From Prochlorococcus sp. MIT 0801 (GTDB lineage: Bacteria; Cyanobacteriota; Cyanobacteriia; PCC-6307; Cyanobiaceae), in the NCBI RefSeq assembly GCF_000757865.1, contig NZ_CP007754.1, forward strand, positions 30,001 to 62,000: DNA of 32,000 bases, given 5' to 3'. Position numbers and translations under genes: made by a program. Below the pieces are notes generated by a model. That model had not been told where the DNA came from and ran no database searches. It saw only the letters and a list, made by a program, of their open reading frames with translations. This document shows, piece by piece, positions 9,581 through 16,084 of the stretch. Position 1 is the first letter of the stretch. Every line of letters begins with the position of its first letter.

Positions 9581-9784
9581 GAAATTTAAGTGACAGAGTG
9601 ACAGGGATTTGAAGAGTAAGTTCCACGTGTCACCTTCTCTGTAAAGACATCGTAGATAGTTCATTTTCTCTACACCTATTATTTTTAGTCAAATTACGAT
9701 GGTTCTTAATTTTGAAAATCAATTGACGATTTCTCTACGGATTTAAAAAATTAATCAGACCCAAAAAGTACATTGCATGAAAAA

Positions 9785-9808
9785 GGGGGCGAGATTTTGG
9801 TCGCCCCC
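9785..9808 (-). terminator. GC-rich hairpin GGGGGCGA-loop-TCGCCCCC with a U-tract on the minus strand; it opens a ~120-nt conserved module (copy 1)
   Basis: 8-bp perfect stem. The minus-strand reading is followed by TTTTTTC. It is paralogous to 13328-13351 with a compensatory G:C to A:T change. Confidence 0.55.
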
Positions 9809-9956
9809 TTTGAGTTCAGCACTCATAATTCCAACTGAACTTTCCATCCGTACTAACCAACTTTGACCTACTGGAACGAAAGTGCTAGAACTCCTGATTT
9901 CTTTTTAATTCTTCTAAGATTCAAATTCAATCGTTAGAAGTACCTGATTAGGTCTT

Positions 9957-10148
9957 ATGGCAAAAACTGAAAATGATCTTGATATTTACTATGCAGTTGG
10001 GAATGCCAATACTTCTAGGCAAGAAACTGAGATCGGAGAAATTATTAAAAAACGAAATTCATTGGGATGGAAATTAGTCTCTACCAGTACTGCTGTGGTT
10101 GATACGTCTAATCAATTCTCTAATTTGTATCTTTTTTGGGAAAAATAA
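9957..10148 (+). CDS. Hypothetical small protein
   Basis: 63-aa ORF downstream of the hairpin module. The GWKLVS...LYLFWEK pattern is loosely like small alpha/beta DUF proteins. Size is within chance expectation. Confidence 0.3.
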   Translation: MAKTENDLDIYYAVGNANTSRQETEIGEIIKKRNSLGWKLVSTSTAVVDTSNQFSNLYLFWEK

Positions 10149-10295
10149 TATGAGTAAGGGAAAAGAGAAATTCAACGTGACGCAGGGTATGACTCTTTTG
10201 CTGCTAAAAAAACTTTCTTTGCCTGCAAACGTAGTTTTTCTAATGATTCTCTTTATTACTAACCCATCAAACAAGATTGGTTATGAGGATGAGTA

Positions 10296-10362
10296 GGCAC
10301 AACAAAACCTGACCTAAAGCAGTTCTTTTTGAAGATCAGTCGCAAGTGTTTCCTTGTTCCTT
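10296..10362 (-). ncRNA. Decayed Yfr2-like sRNA remnant
   Basis: The plus strand GGCACAACAAAACCTGACC...GATCAGTCGCAAGTGTTTCCTTGTTCC is colinear with 14821-14890. The terminator stem is degraded and the GUGAGGAG 5' motif is missing. Confidence 0.4.
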
Positions 10363-10556
10363 ATTGACTACTTTTTTAAGATGACTACTTATTCCTTTTC
10401 CAGTATTTCACTTCGTCCTCCTTTGAAAAGTCCATATGATAAAGAACAAAAGTTTATTTCTGCTCTATGCAACTATGCATATTTTCGTAGAGAAATCGTT
10501 GAAAGGTGTTTTTCTCTGAAATATTCAATATTTTTATACTTGTTAATTAGTCAGAT

Positions 10557-12737
10557 TTACGATTTACAAACCCAGAACTGATACATACCTTCGAAGGTAT
10601 TGGGATGTTTTTCTTCAAACTTTGCCCAGTTTTGTAAGTTCGTTTGTTTTTTATCTTCTGGGAAATATTGCTCATAGATCGATTTAATTTGTTTTTGAAG
10701 CAAGAATCCAAGAAACTTTAATTCATTAGATTTGAGAATTTCTTGTAGTTGCTTAATGTTGAATCTATGTTCCTGTGCATGAAAACAAAGATCACGGCAA
10801 GAAGAAAGTGTATAGAAATCAGAACTCTTTGTTAGAGAGTTTATTTCTGGTGTTTTTCCGGAAAAGATAGTTTCTCTAAAATTACGAATATGGTCCTCAT
10901 TTGTTTGAAGTTTTTTGCTGGCAATATAATTCCTTGCTTTAATAATATTTTGTCTTGCTAATTCGCTATATAAACCCAATTTAAGAAATCCATTAGTTTT
11001 TAAAACCCCTAATAATGCTTTCAAACCTTTTGAGGGTTCATCCATATGATGTAAAACCCCTGAACATAAAATGATATCAAATTTTTCCTCTAGTAAATTA
11101 ACTTCTAAGATATCCATTTGAATCAATTTAACATTATTGATTTCAAGTTCTTTTATTTTTCTTTGGGCATAAGAAAGACTAGACAAACTTAAATCTATGC
11201 CAGTAATCGTAGCATGGTTATAAATTTTCGCATGTAAAATCTGTTGACCTGTTCCACACCCAGCAATTAGAACTTTTAATTGACTATTTTCAGATTTGAA
11301 ATTGATAGAACTAGGTTTTATTTCATTATTTATTGCCTGTGTAATAGATATCTTTTGACTTTCTAAATTATTCCCATACCTCCATCTAGGATATGGATTT
11401 TTCTCATATTGTGATTTTACTTTTCGAGAAATATAATCATTTATTCTACCTAGTTTTTTTATATTCTTAGACAAGTCAATTTCTTCTAGAGGTTCTGATA
11501 TTTGTATGTTTATTAATTCTTTAAAACTTTGATTTGAAGAATTAAAAGATTTCAAAGATGGTATCCTATCCAGGAGTTTATATAAAGAAAAATAACAAGA
11601 TAAAATTGAAATATTTATCTCATTTAATTCATTATTTTGGCATCTTTTGATGATATTATTTAGAGATATATTTTCTTCTTCAGTTAATGAGAAAATATAT
11701 TCGTTAAGGAAGCATTGTTTTCCTAAAGTAATAATAAATTGTAATTCATAGTAATTTATTTCTTTTTTATTCTTTGCAATTTTAATGCATAAATACTTTC
11801 TTAAATTCGTTAGCAATTTCTCAAATCTAATATCCTGAAAAGTTATTTTTTTAAGGGCATTGATTATGACTTTATTATTAATTATTAATTCTATCTGGGA
11901 ACATTCTGAATCTAATTTTTCTAGTTTACTGATTATTTCATTGTTATATACATAGTTAAATGAGTTTATTAATTCTTTATGAGATATATCATTTCTTTCT
12001 AGTAGAAGATTTAATATAGTTTTCACTTTTGATTTGCTTAACTTTGACGTATCAAAATCTCTAAGAAATTCCGTTATGAAGGAATAAATATTAGGATATG
12101 TTGGATTAATTTTAATTATTTGCAAGTAAGAATCAAATGCTTCTTCTAACTTGCCAACATCTGTCAATATTATCCCCAGATTTAAATGTGCTTCTGCGAA
12201 ATTAGGATTCAGTTCAATTGCTTTGAGGTATGAGATTTCTGCGTCTTGTAATTTGCCAAGATCTGTCAATGTTATTCCCAGATTGTAATGTGCTTCTGCG
12301 AAATCAGGTTTAATATCAATTGCTTTTCGGTGGCATAATTCTGCATCTTTTAATTTGCCAAGATCTCTCAATGTTATTCCTAGATTGGAACGTGCTTCTG
12401 CGAAATCAGGTTTAATATCAATTGCTTTTCGGTGGCATAATTCCGCATCTTTTAATTTCCCAAGATCTCTCAATATCACTCCATAATTAGAAAAAACTTT
12501 GTGATCCTTATAACCTTGATTAATAAAAAGTTGATAATATTTTACCGCTTCTGAAACGTTTCCCTGTAAATGAAACTGGATTGCTTGATTAATGATTTGT
12601 TCTTTAGATGGTTTAGAAGAAGTATTTGTATTAATAGTAAGATTTTCTTTGATTTTTCCTAAATCAAATGCAACTGGGAATGTTTTCACCTCGGACATCT
12701 TCTTCTTTCCTTCATCTTCTTGACTAGAAAGATCCAT
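10557..12737 (-). CDS. TPR-repeat protein with a C-terminal class-I SAM-dependent methyltransferase domain
   Basis: 4 TPR units. Motif I is VLIAGCGTGQQ and motif II/III is DIILCSGVLHHMDEP. The track starts at a TTG at 12776. I prefer the ATG at 12737 (MDLSSQEDEGKKK...), which aligns with the paralog start MDSSTQEGGEKKK. Confidence 0.85.
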   Translation of the reverse strand: MDLSSQEDEGKKKMSEVKTFPVAFDLGKIKENLTINTNTSSKPSKEQIINQAIQFHLQGNVSEAVKYYQLFINQGYKDHKVFSNYGVILRDLGKLKDAELCHRKAIDIKPDFAEARSNLGITLRDLGKLKDAELCHRKAIDIKPDFAEAHYNLGITLTDLGKLQDAEISYLKAIELNPNFAEAHLNLGIILTDVGKLEEAFDSYLQIIKINPTYPNIYSFITEFLRDFDTSKLSKSKVKTILNLLLERNDISHKELINSFNYVYNNEIISKLEKLDSECSQIELIINNKVIINALKKITFQDIRFEKLLTNLRKYLCIKIAKNKKEINYYELQFIITLGKQCFLNEYIFSLTEEENISLNNIIKRCQNNELNEINISILSCYFSLYKLLDRIPSLKSFNSSNQSFKELINIQISEPLEEIDLSKNIKKLGRINDYISRKVKSQYEKNPYPRWRYGNNLESQKISITQAINNEIKPSSINFKSENSQLKVLIAGCGTGQQILHAKIYNHATITGIDLSLSSLSYAQRKIKELEINNVKLIQMDILEVNLLEEKFDIILCSGVLHHMDEPSKGLKALLGVLKTNGFLKLGLYSELARQNIIKARNYIASKKLQTNEDHIRNFRETIFSGKTPEINSLTKSSDFYTLSSCRDLCFHAQEHRFNIKQLQEILKSNELKFLGFLLQKQIKSIYEQYFPEDKKQTNLQNWAKFEEKHPNTFEGMYQFWVCKS
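12096..12503 (-). repeat. Tandem 102-bp TPR coding repeats (4 units)
   Basis: Periodicity in both DNA and protein (DLGKLKDAELCHRKAIDIKPDFAEA occurs twice, almost identically). Confidence 0.85.
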
Positions 12738-12970
12738 CTTCTCTCCTGGTTCTTTTGACTTTACTACTAATCTCAACTCTTATGACTTCTTTCTGAAATC
12801 ATATACCACCTATAGAGCAAGAATAAAAAGTAGATCTCTATATTATTTCTTTACGTATATGACCAGCTGACAAAAACATAGATGGCCACATAAATCGTAG
12901 AGAAATAATATACTACTTCTCTACATTTTATAGTTCCACACGAAAAAACCTTAAAAGTTATGGCATTTTC

Positions 12971-12992
12971 ATTTTCACACCATTTCCACACC
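12971..12992 (+). repeat. Iteron-like pair ATTTTCACACC ATTTCCACACC
   Basis: Direct reading; 11-bp period. A single copy, AGTTCCACACG, is at 12932-12942. Confidence 0.6.
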
Positions 12993-12995
12993 GCA

Positions 12996-13030
12996 TATTA
13001 AGTGGTGCAAACCATATGCACCACTTAATA
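12996..13030. repeat. Perfect 14-bp inverted repeat TATTAAGTGGTGCA-N7-TGCACCACTTAATA
   Basis: Direct reading. It lies 13 bp left of the att-like copy at 13044. Confidence 0.85.
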
Positions 13031-13098
13031 ATTTCCATAGTTGCTATTGAGTGGGAATAGCAGAAACGTCTACTTTCCAGTGATAATTTGATTTATAT

Positions 13099-13120
13099 GG
13101 TTTTACGTAGGTTTTACATG
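13099..13120 (+). repeat. Iteron pair GGTTTTACGTA GGTTTTACATG
   Basis: Direct reading. Confidence 0.9.
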
Positions 13121-13158
13121 AGAGGATAGAGAACCTATGGCTAGGTTTTGGATGGGTC

Positions 13159-13180
13159 TGTTTTACGTAGGCTTTACGTG
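13159..13180 (+). repeat. Iteron pair TGTTTTACGTA GGCTTTACGTG
   Basis: Direct reading. Confidence 0.9.
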
Positions 13181-13327
13181 CTATTTGTAAAGATGAACCC
13201 CTTTGTTTGGTGCTTTAATTCGATCCATTTTGACTCTCTTTGTCGGTTTAGTGATGGGGACAATACTAATACAAATGTACTATATTTATCTATTAGGTCA
13301 AGTCACTTATTTTGTTCCATTAAAGAA

Positions 13328-13351
13328 GGGAGCGAGATTTTGGTCGCTCCC
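13328..13351 (-). terminator. Hairpin GGGAGCGA-loop-TCGCTCCC, copy 2 of the conserved hairpin module
   Basis: 8-bp perfect stem with the same GATTTTGG loop as copy 1. The downstream ~100 nt partly align with 9809-9900. Confidence 0.5.
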
Positions 13352-13720
13352 TCTGAGTCAAGCACTCAACTGACTGAACTTAAATTTTCATCCTTTATTT
13401 ACTTTGACCCACAGAAGGTGCTGTGACTTCTAATTCATTAATTAAAAATCCAGATCAGGTAGAACATGAGAAAAAACTCCTGTTTAACCAACCACCCAAT
13501 AATCTTTGTGTTTTCTGAGAATGAGTTTGAGAAGATCGGGAATCATTCGTTTTACCTCAATATTTCAACTTTAAGTAATCAGGAACAAGGTGTGGAAGTG
13601 TTCCAAGTGAGATTAAAAAGACAGAAAACCAAAGAAAGATCGATGAAAGAGTATTCGACCCATTGGATCTGAAACTACGTGTTGTTTGCATAATTAGACC
13701 TCCTGTTAGTTCAATGTTTT

Positions 13721-13906
13721 TTAGTAGTCCATTGAGCAGTTGCCAAACTGCAAGCATTCATTCTCATAATCGACCTCATCAAAATCAGCTTCATAATTCG
13801 AAACCAGATCGCACCAATCGTTCCCTTGCATCGGAACTCCACAAGATTTCGAGAATGTTTCTTTTACGTCTTCGATTGCATGTTTAAAAGGATTACCGCA
13901 TGCCAT
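13721..13906 (-). CDS. Hypothetical small acidic Cys-containing protein (61 aa)
   Basis: A strong Shine-Dalgarno site (AGGAGG) ends 6 nt upstream of the ATG (minus-strand reading CTATTAGGAGGTCAAACCATG). The protein is MACGNPFKHAIEDV...ECLQFGNCSMDY. Confidence 0.5.
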   Translation of the reverse strand: MACGNPFKHAIEDVKETFSKSCGVPMQGNDWCDLVSNYEADFDEVDYENECLQFGNCSMDY

Positions 13907-14361
13907 GGTTTGACCTCCTAATAGTGCCTTGATTTATATCTACTCCTCCTAATAAAAAATATCTATAGGACAAAAACCCTAAAGTATTAACTCTGATTAC
14001 CCTACAAAGAAAAAACCCTGCAACTAATCAGGGGTTTGGGTTGTTCCGACCATTGCAGAGACCGCACGAAAGGTGACTCTGTTCACATCAGGAGGTGTGA
14101 GATGTCTCCTTAGAGTCAATGTACATTTCCCTTTTTTTAATATCTTCGAGAGTGCTATTACTCTTAATTTATATTCAATACCACTAATCAAAAATATCTA
14201 TGCAGAGAATCCAAATGTAGAAATACCTTGGTGTTCTCACCCCTATGAATTTCCATTTAATAGGAGTAGAACAAGATCAGGAGTCAAAGCACTTCAATTT
14301 CTGGGGTGATGGACTCGAAGGGGAGAAATACATGCCCCCTTACTTCATTTGAGGTATCTCT

Positions 14362-14532
14362 ATGACTAGAAAAAGAGACAAGATTTGGACAGCAATCATT
14401 GCAACTAGACAATGGTTCACCAAACTTTTTACTAGTGAGGCAGATGCTTTAGTTGATAACTTCGGAAATAATCCACCACCAGAGATAGGACCTCAATCTT
14501 ATTCGGGAGATATTCACGATAAAGGAGACTGA
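14362..14532 (+). CDS. Hypothetical 56-aa protein (not in the ORF track because it is under 60 aa)
   Basis: My translation is MTRKRDKIWTAIIATRQWFTKLFTSEADALVDNFGNNPPPEIGPQSYSGDIHDKGD. GAGG ends 7 nt upstream of the ATG, and the hairpin at 14560-14593 follows. Confidence 0.3.
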   Translation: MTRKRDKIWTAIIATRQWFTKLFTSEADALVDNFGNNPPPEIGPQSYSGDIHDKGD

Positions 14533-14559
14533 TTGAATTCATTTAAATTGCATTAAGAA

Positions 14560-14634
14560 AGGGACCCTGCTGCTTCAGCGACCTTGAGTCCCTCTCTTCA
14601 TTGACAGAACGAATTTTGGTAAGGAGTTGTTCTG
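14560..14634. ncRNA. Hairpin plus stem-loop module, variant copy: stem CAGAAC/GTTCTG with loop GGTAAGGAGTT (plus strand) or AACTCCTTACC (minus strand)
   Basis: Colinear with 15011-15083 and 21351-21421. The strand of expression is undetermined. Confidence 0.4.
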
Positions 14635-14824
14635 CTTTTCCTTTTCTAATCAATTTCACAAAGGTTCTGCATCCGAAAAAATTCCTAATTAGATATCGTC
14701 CTCACTGTTTCCGAATGGGTTGTATCTGATATCAAAAATCAAAACTACTGCTGTGCTTAAAAGCAGTAATCCAAAAACAACTTGGGGAGGTGGAAATATC
14801 ATTAGACCACTCTAGAAAAGGCAC

Positions 14825-14920
14825 AAAAAAACCGCCCAGTTCTGTTAGGGCGGTTTCTTTGTGAGATCAGGCGCAAGTGTTTCCTTGTTTCCACTGCGGA
14901 GGATCTCAACTCCTCACAAA
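14825..14920 (-). ncRNA. Yfr2-family-like sRNA
   Basis: Minus-strand reading: a TAAGTT -10-like box, then UGUGAGGAGUUGAGAUCCUCCGCAGUGGAAACAAGGAAACACUUGCGCCUGAUCUCAC, then the terminator AACCGCCC-N10-GGGCGGUUUUUUU. Length is about 95 nt. The GUGAGGAGU seed and GGAAACA-rich loop match my recollection of Yfr2-5. Confidence 0.6.
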
Positions 14921-15010
14921 ATAAACTTAATCAACATGACTCTTAGAAGGAATCCTGAGTATTTGAGTTCTTGAACTGTCACATATGACAATTCTTGTAC
15001 ATAAGGTATT

Positions 15011-15126
15011 AAAAAAGCACCCCACTTAAGCGAAGTTGAGTGCCTTTTTATAACAGAACTATTGTGTGAGGAGTTATTCTGTTATTTCATTTCTACTCCT
15101 GCATGCACCTTTTGTCACTACTAAAA
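15011..15126. ncRNA. Hairpin plus stem-loop module: stem AACAGAA/TTCTGTT with loop carrying TGTGTGAGGAGTT (plus strand) or AACTCCTCACACA (minus strand)
   Basis: A bidirectional-looking terminator hairpin at 15017-15043 is flanked by A- and T-runs. A conserved TTTTGTCACTACTAAAA box is at 15110-15126. Read on the minus strand, it contains the exact ACUCCUCACAC motif known from Yfr1. Confidence 0.45.
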
Positions 15127-15269
15127 AGATAAACTGATGAGAACCTACAAAATAGGAATAAGAACAAAGGATCCAAGAATAAAAAGTGGCGACCTTGCAC
15201 GAGTTCTATCAATCATTAGATCCTGAATCAAATAAACTTTCTGAGTGGATTTGTGAAAAATAGAAGATT

Positions 15270-15632
15270 ATGGATGAAACTTGGTTAAAAGAACTCAATC
15301 AAAGAAATATTGAGTTGGAAGGAGAAGATAGGGCGAAATGGGATGGTGCAACTGTCTCTGTTTCCTTCTCAGTTTTAAACAAATTAAGTCAGGCAGAACA
15401 AGGGAAATTTGAGATTACTGAATTCAAAAGAGCAACGAATGAAATTGAGCATTGGGCACGAGTAGAAGAAATATGCGATTTCTTTGGAGTTGTAGACCCT
15501 GATCTAGCAGGAGATGTCTATGTCAGAAAGTTCAAAAACTTAACTGTAGATGAAGAGAGTAAATGGATGGATTTAAAAGATATTAATGACGAGATGCCTG
15601 AGGGTTTTGGCGTAAAAATCGATCGGAGTTAA
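15270..15632 (+). CDS. Hypothetical acidic protein (120 aa)
   Basis: An ORF of a length unlikely by chance at this GC content. It is D/E-rich and followed by an imperfect hairpin at 15633-15658. Confidence 0.5.
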   Translation: MDETWLKELNQRNIELEGEDRAKWDGATVSVSFSVLNKLSQAEQGKFEITEFKRATNEIEHWARVEEICDFFGVVDPDLAGDVYVRKFKNLTVDEESKWMDLKDINDEMPEGFGVKIDRS

Positions 15633-15686
15633 GGGAAGGCAAATAATTGTTTGCTCCCTTGTCAATGAAAATATTTGCTAATTGAC

Positions 15687-15708
15687 GGTTCCACGTAAGG
15701 TCCATGTG
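15687..15708 (+). repeat. Iteron pair, decayed CC variant: GGTTCCACGTA AGGTCCATGTG
   Basis: Direct reading. Confidence 0.7.
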
Positions 15709-15764
15709 GTAAAACAGGGGAGCAAATCCCTATATACCACTAAATAATTCAAGTAGGTGCTGTG

Positions 15765-15781
15765 CTATTGGGTAGGAATAA
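15765..15781 (+). repeat. Decayed att-like copy (CTATTGGGTAGGAATAA)
   Basis: 14 of 17 bases match the guaA end. It sits in the same position relative to the downstream degenerate iterons and the CGTAGAAAG motif as the other copies. Confidence 0.55.
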
Positions 15782-15913
15782 TACTGACTACTAAAACGTA
15801 GTTATAGACTTAAAATATATATTCCCCGTGAGTTCTCTGTGAACGTGAACTGAGGAAGTGACAAGGGTTTTCAAGTGCTCTGTTACTCGTGAGACTTTGT
15901 CACCTACTCTGCA

Positions 15914-15945
15914 GAGAAATCGTAGAAAGATGGTTTTTCTCTACA
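15914..15945 (+). repeat. Boundary motif GAGAAATCGTAGAAAGATGGTTTTTCTCTACA
   Basis: Direct reading. It holds the same position relative to the TPR-gene 3' tail as the copies at 7131 and 10486. Confidence 0.8.
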
Positions 15946-15973
15946 AAATTAAATATTTTATGGTGTGGACTTT

Positions 15974-16084
15974 TCAATTTTCCGTATTACACGCCCAGAA
16001 TTGAAACATTCCTATGAAGGTCGTGGGGTGTTGCTCTTCATGTTTTGGTCACGTTTGTAAGTTTGTTTGCGTCTTGTCTTTTCC
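15974..16084 (-). pseudogene. Decayed fossil of the methyltransferase-type C-terminal tail, in frame after the stop of the 16085 gene
   Basis: My translation after the TAA at 16087-16085 gives GKDKTQTNLQT-stop-PKHEEQHPTTFIGMFQFWACNTEN-stop. The intact tail in the 10557 gene is KKQTNLQNWAKFEEKHPNTFEGMYQFWVCKS. Confidence 0.65.

Larger units (their letters stand above)
13044..13180 (+). repeat. Long direct repeat, copy 2 (att-like 17-mer CTATTGAGTGGGAATAG, spacer and two iteron pairs)
   Basis: Same module order as 6970-7107. The 17-mer still reads I-E-W-E-stop. Confidence 0.9.

Noticed and set aside
9368-9664. ORFs 9368..9664 (minus), 13148..13426 (plus) and 10354..10581 (plus) spanning the att/iteron/motif modules
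   Set aside because: They run across non-coding repeat modules whose paralogous copies do not preserve any reading frame. Their lengths are within chance expectation for about 30% GC, where I estimate tens of ORFs of 60 or more codons per 32 kb.
7025-13180. The iteron pairs as NtcA sites, Pho boxes or a CRISPR array
   Set aside because: The NtcA pattern GTA-N8-TAC does not fit, because the spacing from GTA to TAC here is 5 nt. The cyanobacterial Pho box (PyTTAAPyPy(T/A), 8-bp repeats at an 11-bp period) shares only the period, not the sequence. For CRISPR, the repeats are 11 bp, directly abutting, lack regular spacers and there are no cas genes.
13466-13887. Overlapping small ORFs 13466..13672 (plus), 13557..13757 (minus) and 13663..13887 (plus)
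   Set aside because: They are mutually overlapping, have no ribosome-binding sites or recognisable motifs, and are of chance-level length. Only 13721..13906, which has a strong AGGAGG site, was kept.
14073-14309. 78-aa plus-strand ORF with a GTG start
   Set aside because: It has a non-ATG start. The nearby AGGAGG (14090-14095) serves an ATG followed by only 3 codons. The ORF has an odd composition and chance-level length, so I did not call it.
14978-14991. Short palindromic TGTCACATATGACA, with TGTCATATGTCA at 21318, in the spacers of the two sRNA composites
   Set aside because: There are only 5-bp arms around a non-palindromic centre, and the two copies are imperfectly conserved. It may be a promoter element but is too weak to call.
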